Assembly (NCBI RefSeq): GCF_964355755.1
Contig: NC_092678.1
Coordinates: 10,848,352-10,912,351, forward strand
DNA length: 64,000 bases
Direction: 5' to 3'
Source of the DNA: Antedon mediterranea
Lineage: Eukaryota > Animalia > Echinodermata
Both the position numbers and the translations under genes were made by a program. Under the pieces are notes generated by a model. That model was not told the DNA's origin. It saw nothing but the letters and a program-made list of their open reading frames with translations, and ran no database searches. Below, in pieces: positions 13,321 through 28,300 of this stretch (its first letter is position 1; each line of letters begins with the position of its first letter).

Positions 13321-16300
13321 CTGAGCACTTTGGTGTTTTTATGTTAAAAAGTTTTTTCGAAAATCACAAAATGGTCTAAAACGTCTCCAAATGCGATTTG
13401 AAGCTATTCTGTACACTTTGATGTTTTGTGTGAAAAAGTTTTGTCGAAATGCTCAAAATGGTCTAAAACGTTTTTAAAACGATATTAAGCTATTTTGTGC
13501 TCTTTGATGTTTTTGTGTAACCAAGTTTTTTCGAAAATCACAAAATGGTCTAAAACGTCTCCAAATGCGATTTGAAGCTTTTCTAAGCACTTTGGTGTTT
13601 TTATGTTAACAAGTTTTTTCGAAAATCACAAAATGGTCTAAAACGTCTCAAAATGCGATTTGAAGGTATTCTGAGCACTTTGGTGTTTTTGTGTGAAAAG
13701 TTTTAACGAAATGCTCAAAATGGTCTAAAACGGTTTCTAATGTGATTTTAAGCACTTTGATGTTTTTGTGTAACCAAGTTTTTTCGAAAATCACAAAATG
13801 GTCTAAAACGTCTCCAAATGCGATTTGAAGCTATTCTGTACACTTTGATGTTTTGTGTGAAAAAAGTTTTGTCGAAATGCTCAAAATGGTCTAAAACGTT
13901 TTTAAAACGATATTGAGCTATTTTGTGCTCTTTGATGTTTTTGTGTAACCAAGTTTTATCGAAATGAACAAAATGGTCTAAAACGTCTCCAAATGCGATT
14001 TGAAGCTTTTCCAAGCACTTTGCTGTTTTTATGTTAACAGGTTTTTTCGAAAATCACAAAATGGTCTAAAACGTCTCAAAATGCGATTTGAAGGTATTCT
14101 GAGCACTTTGGTGTTTTTGTGTGAAAAGTTTTAACGAAATGCTCAAAATTGTCTAAAACGGTTTCTAATGTGATTTTAAGCACTTTGATGTTTTTGTAAA
14201 ACCAAGTTTCATCGAAATGCACAAAATGGTCTAAAATGTCTCCAAATGCGATTTGAAGCTTTTCCAAGCACTTTGCTGTTTTTATGTTAACAAGCTTTTT
14301 CGAAAATCACAAAATGGTCTAAAACGTCTCCAAATGCGATTTGAAGATATTCTGAGCACTTTGGTGTTTTTATGTTAAAAAGTTTTTTCGAAAATCACAA
14401 AATGGTCTAAAACGTCTCCAAATGCGATTTGAAGATATTCTGAGCACTTTGGTGTTTTTATGTTAAAAAGTTTTTTCGAAAATCACAAAATGGTCTAAAA
14501 CGTCTCCAAATGCGATTTGAAGCTATTCTGTACACTTTGATGTTTTGTGTGAAAAAGTTTTGTCGAAATGCTCAAAATGGTTTAAAACGTTTTTAAAACG
14601 ATATTAAGCTATTTTGTGCTCTTTGATGTTTTTGTATAACCAAGTTTCATCGAAATGCACAAAATGGTCTAAAACGTCTCCAAATGCGATTTGAAGCTTT
14701 TCTAAGCACTTTGCAGTTTTTATGTTAACAAGTTTTTTCGAAAATCACAAAATGGTCTAAAACGTCTCCAAATGCGATTTGAAGATATTCTGAGCACTTT
14801 GGTGTTTTTATGTTAAAAAGTTTTTCGAAAATCACAAAATGGTCTAAAACGTCTCCAAATGCGATTTGAAGATATTCTGAGCACTTTGGTGTTTTTATGT
14901 TAAAAAGTTTTTTCGAAAATCACAAAATTGTCTAAAACGTCTCCAAATGCGATTTGAAGCTATTCTGTACCCTTTGATGTTTTGTGTGAAAAAGTTTTGT
15001 CGAAATGCTCAAAATGGTCTAAAACGTTTTTAAAACGATATAAAGCTATTTTGTGCTCTTTGATGTTTTTGTGTAACCAAGTTTTTTCGAAAATCACAAA
15101 ATGGTCTAAAACGTCTCCAAATGCGATTTGAAGCTTTTCTAAGCACTTTGGTGTTTTTATGTTAACAAGTTTTTTCGAAAATCACAAAATGGTCTAAAAC
15201 GTTTTAAAATGCGATTTGAAGGTATTCTGAGCACTTTGGTGTTTTTGTGTGAAAAGTTTTAACGAAATGCTCAAAATGGTCTAAAACGGTTTCTAATGTG
15301 ATTTTAACCACTTTGATGTTTTTGTCTAACCAAGTTTTTTCGAAAATCACAAAATGGTCTAAAACGTCTCCAAATGCGATTTGAAGCTTTTCTAAGCACT
15401 TTGGTGTTTTTATGTTAACAAGTTTTTTCGAAAATCACAAAATGGTCTAAAACGTCTCCAAATGCGATTTGAAGCTATTCTGTACACTTTGATGTTTTGT
15501 GTGAAAAAAGTTTTGTCGAAATGCTCAAAATGGTCTAAAACGTTTTTAAAACGATATTAAGCTATTTTGTGCTCTTTGATGTTTTTGTGTAACCAAGTTT
15601 TATCGAAATGAACAAAATGGTCTAAAACGTCTCCAAATGCGATTTGAAGCTTTTCTAAGCACTTTGCTGTTTTTATGTTAACAAGTTTTTTCGAAAATCA
15701 CAAAATGGTCTAAAACGTCTCCAAATGCGATTTGAAGATATTCTGAGCACTTTGGTGTTTTTATGTTAAAAAGTTTTTTCGAAAATCACAAAATGGTCTA
15801 AAACGTCTCCAAATGCGATTTGAAGATATTCTGAGCACTTTGGTGTTTTTATGTTAAAAAGTTTTTTCGAAAATCACAAAATGGTCTAAAACGTCTCCAA
15901 ATGCGATTTGAAGCTATTCTGTACACTTTGATGTTTTGTGTGAAAAAGTTTTGTCGAAATGCTCAAAATGGTCTAAAACGTTTTTAAAACGATATAAAGC
16001 TATTTTGTGCTCTTTGATGTTTTTGTGTAACCAAGTTATTTCGAAAATCACAAAATGGTCTAAAACGTCTCCAAATGCGATTTGAAGCTTTTCTAAGCAC
16101 TTTGGTGTTTTTATGTTAACAAGTTTTTTCGAAAATCACAAAATGGTCTAAAACGTTTTAAAATGCGATTTGAAGGTATTCTGAGCACTTTGGTGTTTTT
16201 GTGTGAAAAGTTTTAACGAAATGCTCAAAATGGTCTAAAACGGTTTCTAATGTGATTTTAACCACTTTGATGTTTTTGTGTAACCAAGTTTTTTCGAAAA

Positions 16301-19300
16301 TCACAAAATGGTCTAAAACGTCTCCAAATGCGATTTGAAGCTATTCTGTACACTTTGATGTTTTGTGTGAAAAAGTTTCTCGAAATGCTCAAAATGGTCT
16401 AAAACGTTTTCCAATACCATATTAAGCTATTTTGTGCAATTTGATGTTTTTGTGTAACCAAGTTTTTTGAAATGCGATTTGAAGATATTCTGAGCACTTT
16501 GGTGTTTTTATGTTAAAAAGTTTTTTCGAAAATCACAAAATGGTCTAAAACGTCTCCAAATGCGATTTGAAGATATTCTGAGCACTTTGGTGTTTTTATG
16601 TTAAAAAGTTTTTTCGAAAATCACAAAATGGTCTAAAACGTCTCCAAATGCGATTTGAAGATATTCTGAGCACATTGGTGTTTTTATGTTAAAAAGTTTT
16701 GTCGAAATGCTCAAAATGGTCTAAAACGTTTTTAAAACGATATTAAGCTATTTTGTCCTCTTTGATGTTTTTATGTAACCAAGTTTCATCGAAATGAACA
16801 AAATGGTCTAAAACGTCTCCAAATGCGATTTGAAGCTTTTCCAAGCACTTTGCTGTTTTTATGTTAACAAGTTTTTTCGAAAATCACAAAATGGTCTAAA
16901 ACGTCTCAAAATGCGATTTGAAGGTATTCTGAGCACTTTGGTGTTTTTGTGTGAAAAGTTTTAACGAAATGCTCAAAATGGTCTAAAACGGTTTCTAATG
17001 TGATTTTAAGCACTTTGATGTTTTTGTATAACCAAGTTTCATCGAAATGCACAAAATGGTCTAAAACGTCTCCAAATACGATTTTAAGCTTTTCTAAGCA
17101 CTTTGGTGTTTTTATGTTAACAAGGTTTTTCGAAAATCACAAAATGGTCTAAAACGTCTCCAAATGCGATTTGAAGATATTCTGAGCACTTTGGTGTTTT
17201 TATGTTAACAAGTTTTTTCGAAAATCACAAAATGGTCTAAAACGTCTCAAAATACGATATTAAGCTGTTTTGTGCACTTTGATGATTTGTGTGAAAAGTT
17301 TTAACGAAATGCTCAAAATGGTCTAAAACGGTTTCTAATGTGATTTTAAGCACTTTGATGTTTTTATGTAGCCAAGTTTTTTCGAAAATCACAAAATGGT
17401 CAAAAACGTCTCCAAATGCGATTTGAAGCTTTTCTAAGCACTTTGGTTTTTTTATGTTAACAAGTTTTTTCGAAAATCACAAAATGGTCTAAAACGTCTT
17501 CAAATGCGATTTGAAGATATTCTGAGCACTTTGGTGTTTTTCTGTTAAAAAGTATTTTCGAAAATCACAAAATGGTCTAAAACGTCTCCAAATGCGATTT
17601 GAAGCTATTCTGTACACTTTGATGTTTTGTGTGAAAAAGTTTTGTCAAAATGCTCAAAATGGTCTAAAACGTTTTTAAAACGATATTAAGCTATTTTGTG
17701 CTCTTTGATGTGTTTGTATAACCAAGTTTTTTCGAAAATCACAAAATGGTCTAAAACGTCTCCAAATGCGATTTGAAGCTTTTCCAAGCACTTTGCTGTT
17801 TTTATGTTAACAATTTTTTTCGAAAATCATAAAATGGTCTAAAACGTCTCCAAATGCGATTTGAAGCTATTCTGTACACTTTGATGTTTTGTGTGAAAAG
17901 TTTTGTCGAAATGCTCAAAATGGTCTAAAACGTTTTTAAAACGATATTAAGCTATTTTGTGCTCTTTGATGTTTTTGTGTAACCAAGTTTCATCGAAATG
18001 AACAAAATGGTCTAAAACGTCTCCAAATGCGATTTGAAGCTTTTCTAAGCACTTTGGTGTTTTTATGTTAACAAGTTTTTTCGAAAATCACAAAATGGTC
18101 TAAAACGTCTCCAAATGCGATTTGAAGCTTTTCTAAGCACTTTGGTGTTTTTATGTTAACAAGTTTTTTCGAAAATCACAAAATGGTCTAAAACGTCTCA
18201 AAATGCGATTTGAAGGTATTCTGAGCACTTTGGTGTTTTTGTGTGAAAAGTTTTAACGAAATGCTCAAAATGGTCTAAAACGGTTTCTAATATGTGATTT
18301 TAACCACTTTGATGTTTTTGTGTAACCAAGTTCTTTTCGAAAATCACAAAATGGTCTAAAACGTCTCCAAATGCGATTTGAAGCTCTTCTGTACACTTTG
18401 ATGTTTTGTGTGAAAAAGTTTTGTCGAAATGCTCAAAATGGTCTAAAACGTTTTTAAATACGATATTAAGCTGTTTTGTGCACTTTGATGATTTGTGTGA
18501 AAAGTTTTAACGAAATGCTCAAAATAGTCTATAACGGTTTCTAATGTGATTTTAAGCACTTTGATGTTTTTGTGTAATCAAGTTTTTTTGGAAATCACAA
18601 AATGGTCTAAAACGTCTCCAAATGCGATTTGAAGCTTTTCTAAGCACTTTGGTGTTTTTATGTTAACAAGTTTTTTCGAAAATCACAAAATGGTCTAAAA
18701 CGTCTCAAAATGCGATTTGAAGGTATTCTGAGCACTTTGGTGTTTTTGTGTGAAAAGTTTTAACGAAATGCTCAAAATGGTCTAAAACGGTTTCTAATGT
18801 GATTTTAACCACTTTGATGTTTTTGTGTAACCAAGTTTTTTCGAAAATCACAAAATGGTCTAAAACGTCTCCAAATGCGATTTGAAGCTATTCTGTACAC
18901 TTTGATGTTTTGAGTGAAAAAAGTTTTGTCGAAATGCTCAAAATGGTCTAAAACGTTTTTAAAACGATATTAAGCTATTTTATGCTCTTTGATGTTTTTG
19001 TGTAACCAAGTTTTTTCGAAAATCACAAAATTGTCTAAAACGTCTCCGAATGCGATTTGAAGCTCTTCTGTACACTTTGATGTTTTGTGTGAAAAAGTTT
19101 TCTCGAAATGCTAAAAATGGTATAAAAACGTTTTCCAATACCATATTAAGCTATTTTGTGCAATTTGATGTTTTTGTGTAACCAAGTTTTTTCGAAAATC
19201 ACAAAATTGTCTAAAACGTCTCCGAATGCGATTTGAAGCTCTTCTGTACACTTTGATGTTTTGTGTGAAAAAGTTTTCTCGAAATGCTAAAAATGGTCTA

Positions 19301-22300
19301 AAACGTTTTCCAATACCATATTAAGCTATTTTGTGCAATTTGATGTTTTTGTGTAACAAAGTTTTTTCGAAAATCACAAAATGGTCTAAAACGTCTCCAA
19401 ATGCGATTTGAAGATATTCTGAGCACTTTGGTGTTTTTATGTTAAAAAGTTTTTTGGAAAATCACAAAATGGTCTAAAACGACTCCAAATGCGATTTGAA
19501 GCTATCCTGTACACTTCGATGTTTTGTGTGAAAAAGTTTTGTCGAAATGCTCAAAATGATCTAAAACGTTTTTAAAACGATATTAAGCTATTTTGTGCTC
19601 TTTGATGTTTTTGTGTATCCAAGTTTCATCGAAATGAACAAAATGGTCTAAAACGTCTCCAAATGCGATTTGAAGGTATTCTGAGCACTTTGGTGTTTTT
19701 GTGTGAAAAGTTTTAACGAAATGCTCAAAATGGTCTAAAACGGTTTCTAATGTGATTTTAACCACTTTGATGTTTTTGTGTAACCAAGTTCTTTTCGAAA
19801 ATCACAAAATGGTCTAAAACGTCTCCAAATGCGATTTGAAGCTTTTCTAAGCACTTTGGTGTTTTTATGTTAAAAAGTTTTTTCGAAAATCACAAAATGG
19901 TCTAAAACGTCTCCAAATGCGATTTGAAGCTCTTCTGTACACTTTGATGTTTTGTGTGAAAAAGTTTTGTCGAAATGCTCAAAATGGTCTAAAACGTTTT
20001 TAAATACGATATTAAGCTGTTTTGTGCACTTTGATGATTTGTGTGAAAAGTTTTAACGAAATGTTCAAAATAGTCTAAAACGGTTTCTAATGTGATTTTA
20101 AGCACTTTGATGTTTTTGTGTAACCAAGTTTTTTCGGAAATCACAAAATGGTCTAAAACGTCTCAAAATGCGATTTGAAGCTTTTCTAAGCACTTTGGTG
20201 TTTTTATGTTAACAAGTTTTTTCGAAAATCACAAAATGGTCTAAAACGTCTCAAAATGCGATTGAAGGTATTCTGAGCACTTTGGTGTTTTTGTGTGAAA
20301 AGTTTTAACGAAATGCTCAAAATGGTCTAAAACGGTTCTAATGTGATTTTAAGCACTTTGATGTTTTTGTATAACCAAGTTTCATCGAAATGCTCAAAAT
20401 GATGTAAAACGTTTTAAAAACGATATTAAGCTATTTTGTGCTCTTTGATGTTTTTGTGTAACCAAGTTTTTTCGAAAATCACAAAAAGGTCTAAAACGTC
20501 TCCAAATGCGATTTGAAGCTTTTCTAAGCACTTTGGTGTTTTTATGTTAACAAGTTTTTTCGAAAATCACAAAATGGTCTAAAACGTCTCAAAATGCGAT
20601 TTGAAGGTATTCTGAGCACTTTGGTGTTTTTGTGTGAAAAGTTTTAACGAAATGCTCAAAATGGTTTAAAACGGTTTCTAATGTGATTTTAACCACTTTG
20701 ATGTTTTTGTGTAACCAAGTTTTTTCGAAAATCACAAAATGGTCTAAAACGTCTCCAAATGCGATTTGAAGCTTTTCTAAGCACTTTGGTGTTTTTATGT
20801 TAACAAGTTTTTTCGAAAATCACAAAATGGTCTAAAACGTCTCAAATAGCGATTTGAAGCTATTCTGTACACTTTGATGTTTTGTGTGAAAAAAGTTTTG
20901 TCGAAATGCTCAAAATGGTCTAAAACGTTTTTAAAACGATATTAAGCTATTTTGTGCTCTTTGATGTTTTTGTGTAACCAAGTTTTATCGAAATGAACAA
21001 AATGGTCTAAAACGTCTCCAAATGCGATTTGAAGCTTTTCCAAGCACTTTGCTGTTTTTATGTTAACAAGTTTTTTCGAAAATCACAAAATGGTCTAAAA
21101 CATCTCCAAATGCGATTTGAAGATATTCTGAGCACTTTGGTGTTTTTATGTTAAAAAGTTTTTTCGAAAATCACAAAATGGTCTAAAACGTCTCCAAATG
21201 CGATTTGAAGCTCTTCTGTACACTTTGATGTTTTGTGTGAAAAAGTTTTGTCAAAATGCTCAAAATGGTCTAAAACGTTTTTAAAACGATATTAAGCTAT
21301 TTTGTGCTCTTTGATGTTTTTGTATAACCAAGTTTTTTCGAAAATCACAAAATGGTCTAAAACGTCTCCAAATGCGATTTGAAGATATTCTGAGCACTTT
21401 GGTGTTTTTATGTTAAAAAGTTTTTTCGAAAATCACAAAATGGTCTAAAACGTCTCCAAATGCGATTTGAAGATATTCTGAGCACTTTGGTGTTTTTATG
21501 TTAAAAAGTTTTTTCGAAAATCACAAAATGGTCTAAAACGTCTCCAAATGCGATTTGAAGCTATTCTATACACTTTGATGTTTTGTGTTAAAAAGTTTTG
21601 TCGAAATGCTCAAAATGGTTTAAAACGTTTTTAAAACGATATTAAGCTATTTTGTGCTCTTTGATGTTTTTGTGTAACCAAGTTTCATCGAAATGAACAA
21701 AATGGTCTAAAACGTCTCCAAATGCGATTTGAAGCTTTTCCAAGCACTTTGCTGTTTTTATGTTAACAAGTTTTTTCGAAAATCACAAAATTGTCTAAAA
21801 CGTCTCAAAATGCGATTTGAAGGTATTCTGAGCACTTTGGTGTTTTTGTGTGAAAAGTTTTAACGAAAAGCTCAAAATGGTCTAAAACGGTTCTAATGTG
21901 ATTTTAAGCACTTTGATGTTTTTGTACAACCAAGTTTCATCGAAATGCTCAAAATGGTCTAAAACGTTTTTAAAACGATATTAAGCTATTTTGTGCTCTT
22001 TGATGTTTTTGTGTAACCAAGTTTTTTCGAAAATCACAAAATGGTCTAAAACGTCTCCAAATGCGATTTGAAGCTTTTCTAAGCACTTTGGTGTTTTTAT
22101 GTTAACAAGTTTTTTCGAAAATCACAAAATGGTCTAAAACGTCTCAAAATGCGATTTGAAGGTATTCTGAGCACTTTGGTGTTTTTGTGTGAAAAGTTTT
22201 AACGAAATGCTCAAAATGGTCTAAAACGGTTTCTAATGTGATTTTAACCACTTTGATGTTTTTGTGTAACCAAGTTCTTTTCGAAAATCACAAAATGGTC

Positions 22301-25300
22301 TAAAACGTCTCCAAATGCGATTTGAAGCTTTTCTAAGCACTTTGGTGTTTTTATGTTAACAAGTTTTTTCGAAAATCACAAAATGGTCTAAAACGTCTCA
22401 AAATGCGATTTGAAGGTATTCTGAGCACTTTGGTGTTTTTGTGTGAAAAGTTTTAACGAAATGCTCAAAATGGTCTAAAACGGTTTCTAATGTGATTTTA
22501 AGCACTTTGAAGTATTTGTAAAAACAAGTTTCATCGAAATGCACAAAATAGTCTAAAACGTCTCCAAATGCGATTTGAAGCTTTTCTAAGCACTTTGGTG
22601 TTTTTATGTTAACAAGTTTTTTCGATAATCACAAAATGGTCTAAAACGTCTCCAAATGCGATTTGAAGATATTCTGAGCACTTTGGTGTCTTTATGTTAA
22701 AAAGTATTTTCGAAAATCACAAAATGGTCTAAAACGTCTCCAAATGCGATTTGAAGCTCTTCTGTACACTTTGATGTTTTGTGTGAAAAAGTTTAGTCGA
22801 AATGCTCAAAATGGTCTAAAACGTTTTTAAAACGATATTAAGCTATTTTGTGCTCTTTGATGTTTTTGTGTAACCAAGTTTCATCGAAAATCACAAAATG
22901 GTCTAAAACATCTCCAAATGCGATTTGAAGATATTCTGAGCACTTTGGTGTTTTTATGTTAACAAGTTTTTTCGAAAATCACAAAATGGTCTAAAACGTC
23001 TCCAAATGCGATTTGAAGATATTCTGAGCACTTTGGTGTTTTTATGTTAAAAAGTTTTTTCGAAAATCACAAAATGGTCTAAAACGTCTCCAAATGCGAT
23101 TTGAAGCTATTCTATACACTTTGATGTTTTGTGTTAAAAAGTTTTGTCGAAATGCTCAAAATGGTTTAAAACGTTTTTAAAACGATATTAAGCTATTTTG
23201 TGCTCTTTGATGTTTTTGTGTAACCAAGTTTCATCGAAATTAACAAAATGGTCTAAAACGTCTCCAAATGCGATTTGAAGCTTTTCCAAGCACTTTGCTG
23301 TTTTTATGTTAACAAGTTTTTTCGAAAATCACAAAATTGTCTAAAACGTCTCAAAATGCGATTTGAAGGTATTCTGAGCACTTTGGTGTTTTTGTGTGAA
23401 AAGTTTTAACGAAAAGCTCAAAATGGTCTAAAACGGTTCTAATGTGATTTTAAGCACTTTGATGTTTTTGTACAACCAAGTTTCATCGAAATGCTCAAAA
23501 TGGTCTAAAACGTTTTTAAAACGATATTAAGCTATTTTGTGCTCTTTGATGTTTTTGTGTAACCAAGTTTTTTCGAAAATCACAAAATGGTCTAAAACGT
23601 CTCCAAATGCGATTTGAAGATATTCTGAGCACTTTGGTGTTTTTGTGTTAAAAAGTTTTTTCGAAAATCACAAAATGGTCTAAAACGTCTCCAAATGCGA
23701 TTTGAAGCTATTCTGTACACTTTGATGTTTTGTGTGAAAAAGTTTTGTCGAAATGCTCAAAATGGTCTAAAACGTTTTTAAAACGATATTAAGCTATTTT
23801 GTGCTCTTTGATGTTTTTGTGTAACCAAGTTTTTTCGAAAATCACAAAATGGTCTAAAACGTCTCCAAATGCGATTTGAAGCTTTTCTAAGCACTTTGGT
23901 GTTTTTATGTTAACAAGTTTTTTCGAAAATCACAAAATGGTCTAAAACGTCTCAAAATGCGATTTGAAGGTATTCTGAGCACTTTGGTGTTTTTGTGTGA
24001 AAAGTTTTAACGAAATGCTCAAAATGGTCTAAAACGGTTTCTAATGTGATTTTAAGCACTTTGATGTTTTTGTGTAACCAAGTTTTTTCGAAAATCACAA
24101 AATGGTCTAAAACGTCTCCAAATGCGATTTGAAGCTATTCTGTACACTTTGATGTTTTGTGTGAAAAAATTTTGTCGAAATGCTCAAAATGGTCTAAAAC
24201 GTTTTTAAAACGATATTGAGCTATTTTGTGCTCTTTGATGTTTTTGTGTAACCAAGTTTTATCGAAATGAACAAAATGGTCTAAAACGTCTCCAAATGCG
24301 ATTTGAAGCTTTTCCAAGCACTTTGCTGTTTTTATGTTAACAGGTTTTTTCGAAAATCACAAAATGGTCTAAAACGTCTCAAAATGCGATTTGAAGGTAT
24401 TCTGAGCACTTTGGTGTTTTTGTGTGAAAAGTTTTAACGAAATGCTCAAAATTGTCTAAAACGGTTTCTAATGTGATTTTAAGCACTTTGATGTTTTTGT
24501 AAAACCAAGTTTCATCGAAATGCACAAAATGGTCTAAAATGTCTCCAAATGCGATTTGAAGCTTTTCCAAGCACTTTGCTGTTTTTATGTTAACAAGCTT
24601 TTTCGAAAATCACAAAATGGTCTAAAACGTCTCCAAATGCGATTTGAAGATATTCTGAGCACTTTGGTGTTTTTATGTTAAAAAGTTTTTTCGAAAATCA
24701 CAAAATGGTCTAAAACGTCTCCAAATGCGATTTGAAGATATTCTGAGCACTTTGGTGTTTTTATGTTAAAAAGTTTTTTCGAAAATCACAAAATGGTCTA
24801 AAACGTCTCCAAATGCGATTTGAAGCTATTCTGTACACTTTGATGTTTTGTGTGAAAAAGTTTTGTCGAAATGCTCAAAATGGTTTAAAACGTTTTTAAA
24901 AGGATATTAAGCTATTTTGTGCTCTTTGATGTTTTTGTATAACCAAGTTTCATCGAAATGCACAAAATGGTCTAAAACGTCTCCAAATGCGATTTGAAGC
25001 TTTTCTAAGCACTTTGCTGTTTTTATGTTAACAAGTTTTTTCGAAAATCACAAAATGGTCTAAAACGTCTCCAAATGCGATTTGAAGATATTCTGAGCAC
25101 TTTGGTGTTTTTATGTTAAAAAGTTTTTTCGAAAATCACAAAATGGTCTAAAACGTCTCCAAATGCGATTTGAAGATATTCTGAGCACTTTGGTGTTTTT
25201 ATGTTAAAAAGTTTTTTCGAAAATCACAAAATTGTCTAAAACGTCTCCAAATGCGATTTGAAGCTATTCTGTACCCTTTGATGTTTTGTGTGAAAAAGTT

Positions 25301-28300
25301 TTGTCGAAATGCTCAAAATGGTCTAAAACGTTTTTAAAACGATATAAAGCTATTTTGTGCTCTTTGATGTTTTTGTGTAACCAATTTTTTTCGAAAATCA
25401 CAAAATGGTCTAAAACGTCTCCAAATGCGATTTGAAGCTTTTCTAAGCACTTTGGTGTTTTTATGTTAACAAGTTTTTTCGAAAATCACAAAATGGTCTA
25501 AAACGTTTTAAAATGCGATTTGAAGGTATTCTGAGCACTTTGGTGTTTTTGTGTGAAAAGTTTTAACGAAATGCTCAAAATGGTCTAAAACGGTTTCTAA
25601 TGTGATTTTAACCACTTTGATGTTTTTGTCTAACCAAGTTTTTTCGAAAATCACAAAATGGTCTAAAACGTCTCCAAATGCGATTTGAAGCTTTTCTAAG
25701 CACTTTGGTGTTTTTATGTTAACAAGTTTTTTCGAAAATCACAAAATGGTCTAAAACGTCTCCAAATGCGATTTGAAGCTATTCTGTACACTTTGATGTT
25801 TTGTGTGAAAAAAGTTTTGTCGAAATGCTCAAAATGGTCTAAAACGTTTTTAAAACGATATTAAGCTATTTTGTGCTCTTTGATGTTTTTGTGTAACCAA
25901 GTTTTATCGAAATGAACAAAATGGTCTAAAACGTCTCCAAATGCGATTTGAAGCTTTTCTAAGCACTTTGCTGTTTTTATGTTAACAAGTTTTTTCGAAA
26001 ATCACAAAATGGTCTAAAACGTCTCCAAATGCGATTTGAAGATATTCTGAGCACTTTGGTGTTTTTATGTTAAAAAGTTTTTTCGAAAATCACAAAATGG
26101 TCTAAAACGTCTCCAAATGCGATTTGAAGATATTCTGAGCACTTTGGTGTTTTTATGTTAAAAAGTTTTTTCGAAAATCACAAAATGGTCTAAAACGTCT
26201 CCAAATGCGATTTGAAGCTATTCTGTACACTTTGATGTTTTGTGTGAACAAGTTTCTCGAAATGCTCAAAATGGTCTAAAACGTTTTCCAATACCATATT
26301 AAGCTATTTTGTGCAATTTGATGTTTTTGTGTAACCAAGTTTTTTGAAATGCGATTTGAAGATATTCTGAGCACTTTGGTGTTTTTATGTTAAAAAGTTT
26401 TTTCGAAAATCACAAAATGGTCTAAAACGTCTCCAAATGCGATTTGAAGATATTCTGAGCACTTTGGTGTTTTTATGTTAAAAAGTTTTTTCGAAAATCA
26501 CAAAATGGTCTAAAACGTCTCCAAATGCGATTTGAAGCTATTCTGTACACTTTGATGTTTTTTTGTGAAAAAGTTTTGTCGAAATGCTCAAAATGGTCTA
26601 AAACGTTTTTAAAACGATATTAAGCTATTTTGTGCTCTTTGATGTTTTTGTGTAACCAAGTTTTTTCGAAAATCACGAAATGGTCTAAAACGTCTTCAAA
26701 TGCGATTTGAAGCTTTTCTAAGCACTTTGGTGTTTTTATGTTAACAAGTTTTTTCGCAAATCACAAAATGGTCTAAAACGTCTCCAAATGCGATTTGAAG
26801 ATATTCTGAGCACATTGGTGTTTTTATGTTAAAAAGTTTTGTCGAAATGCTCAAAATGGTCTAAAACGTTTTTAAAACGATATTAAGCTATTTTGTCCTC
26901 TTTGATGTTTTTATGTAACCAAGTTTCATCGAAATGAACAAAATGGTCTAAAACGTCTCCAAATGCGATTTGAAGCTTTTCCAAGCACTTTGCTGTTTTT
27001 ATGTTAACAAGTTTTTTCGAAAATCACAAAATGGTCTAAAACGTCTCAAAATGCAATTTGAAGGTATTCTGAGCACTTTGGTGTTTTTGTGTGAAAAGTT
27101 TTAACGAAATGCTCAAAATGGTCTAAAACGGTTTCTAATGTGATTTTAAGCACTTTGATGTTTTTGTATAACCAAGTTTCATCGAAATGCACAAAATGGT
27201 CTAAAACGTCTCCAAATGCGATTTTAAGCTTTTCTAAGCACTTTGGTGTTTTTATGTTAACAAGGTTTTTCGAAAATCACAAAATGGTCTAAAACGTCTC
27301 CAAATGCGATTTGAAGATATTCTGAGCACTTTGGTGTTTTTATGTTAACAAGTTTTTTCGAAAATCACAAAATGGTCTAAAACGTCTCAAAATACGATAT
27401 TAAGCTGTTTTGTGCACTTTGATGATTTGTGTGAAAAGTTTTAACGAAATGCTCAAAATGGTCTAAAACGGTTTCTAATGTGATTTTAAGCACTTTGATG
27501 TTTTTATGTAGCCAAGTTTTTTCGAAAATCACAAAATGGTCAAAAACGTCTCCAAATGCGATTTGAAGCTTTTCTAAGCACTTTGGTTTTTTTATGTTAA
27601 CAAGTTTTTTCGAAAATCACAAAATGGTCTAAAACGTCTTCAAATGCGATTTGAAGATATTCTGAGCACTTTGGTGTTTTTCTGTTAAAAAGTATTTTCG
27701 AAAATCACAAAATGGTCTAAAACGTCTCCAAATGCGATTTGAAGCTATTCTGTACACTTTGATGTTTTGTGTGAAAAAGTTTTGTCAAAATGCTCAAAAT
27801 GGTCTAAAACGTTTTTAAAACGATATTAAGCTATTTTGTGCTCTTTGATGTGTTTGTATAACCAAGTTTTTTCGAAAATCACAAAATGGTCTAAAACGTC
27901 TCCAAATGCGATTTGAAGCTTTTCCAAGCACTTTGCTGTTTTTATGTGAACAATTTTTTTCGAAAATCATAAAATGGTCTAAAACGTCTCCAAATGCGAT
28001 TTGAAGCTATTCTGTACACTTTGATGTTTTGTGTGAAAAGTTTTGTCGAAATGCTCAAAATGGTCTAAAACGTTTTTAAAACGATATTAAGCTATTTTGT
28101 GCTCTTTGATGTTTTTGTGTAACCAAGTTTCATCGAAATGAACAAAATGGTCTAAAACGTCTCCAAATGCGATTTGAAGCTTTTCTAAGCACTTTGGTGT
28201 TTTTATGTTAACAAGTTTTTTCGAAAATCACAAAATGGTCTAAAACGTCTCCAAATGCGATTTGAAGCTTTTCTAAGCACTTTGGTGTTTTTATGTTAAC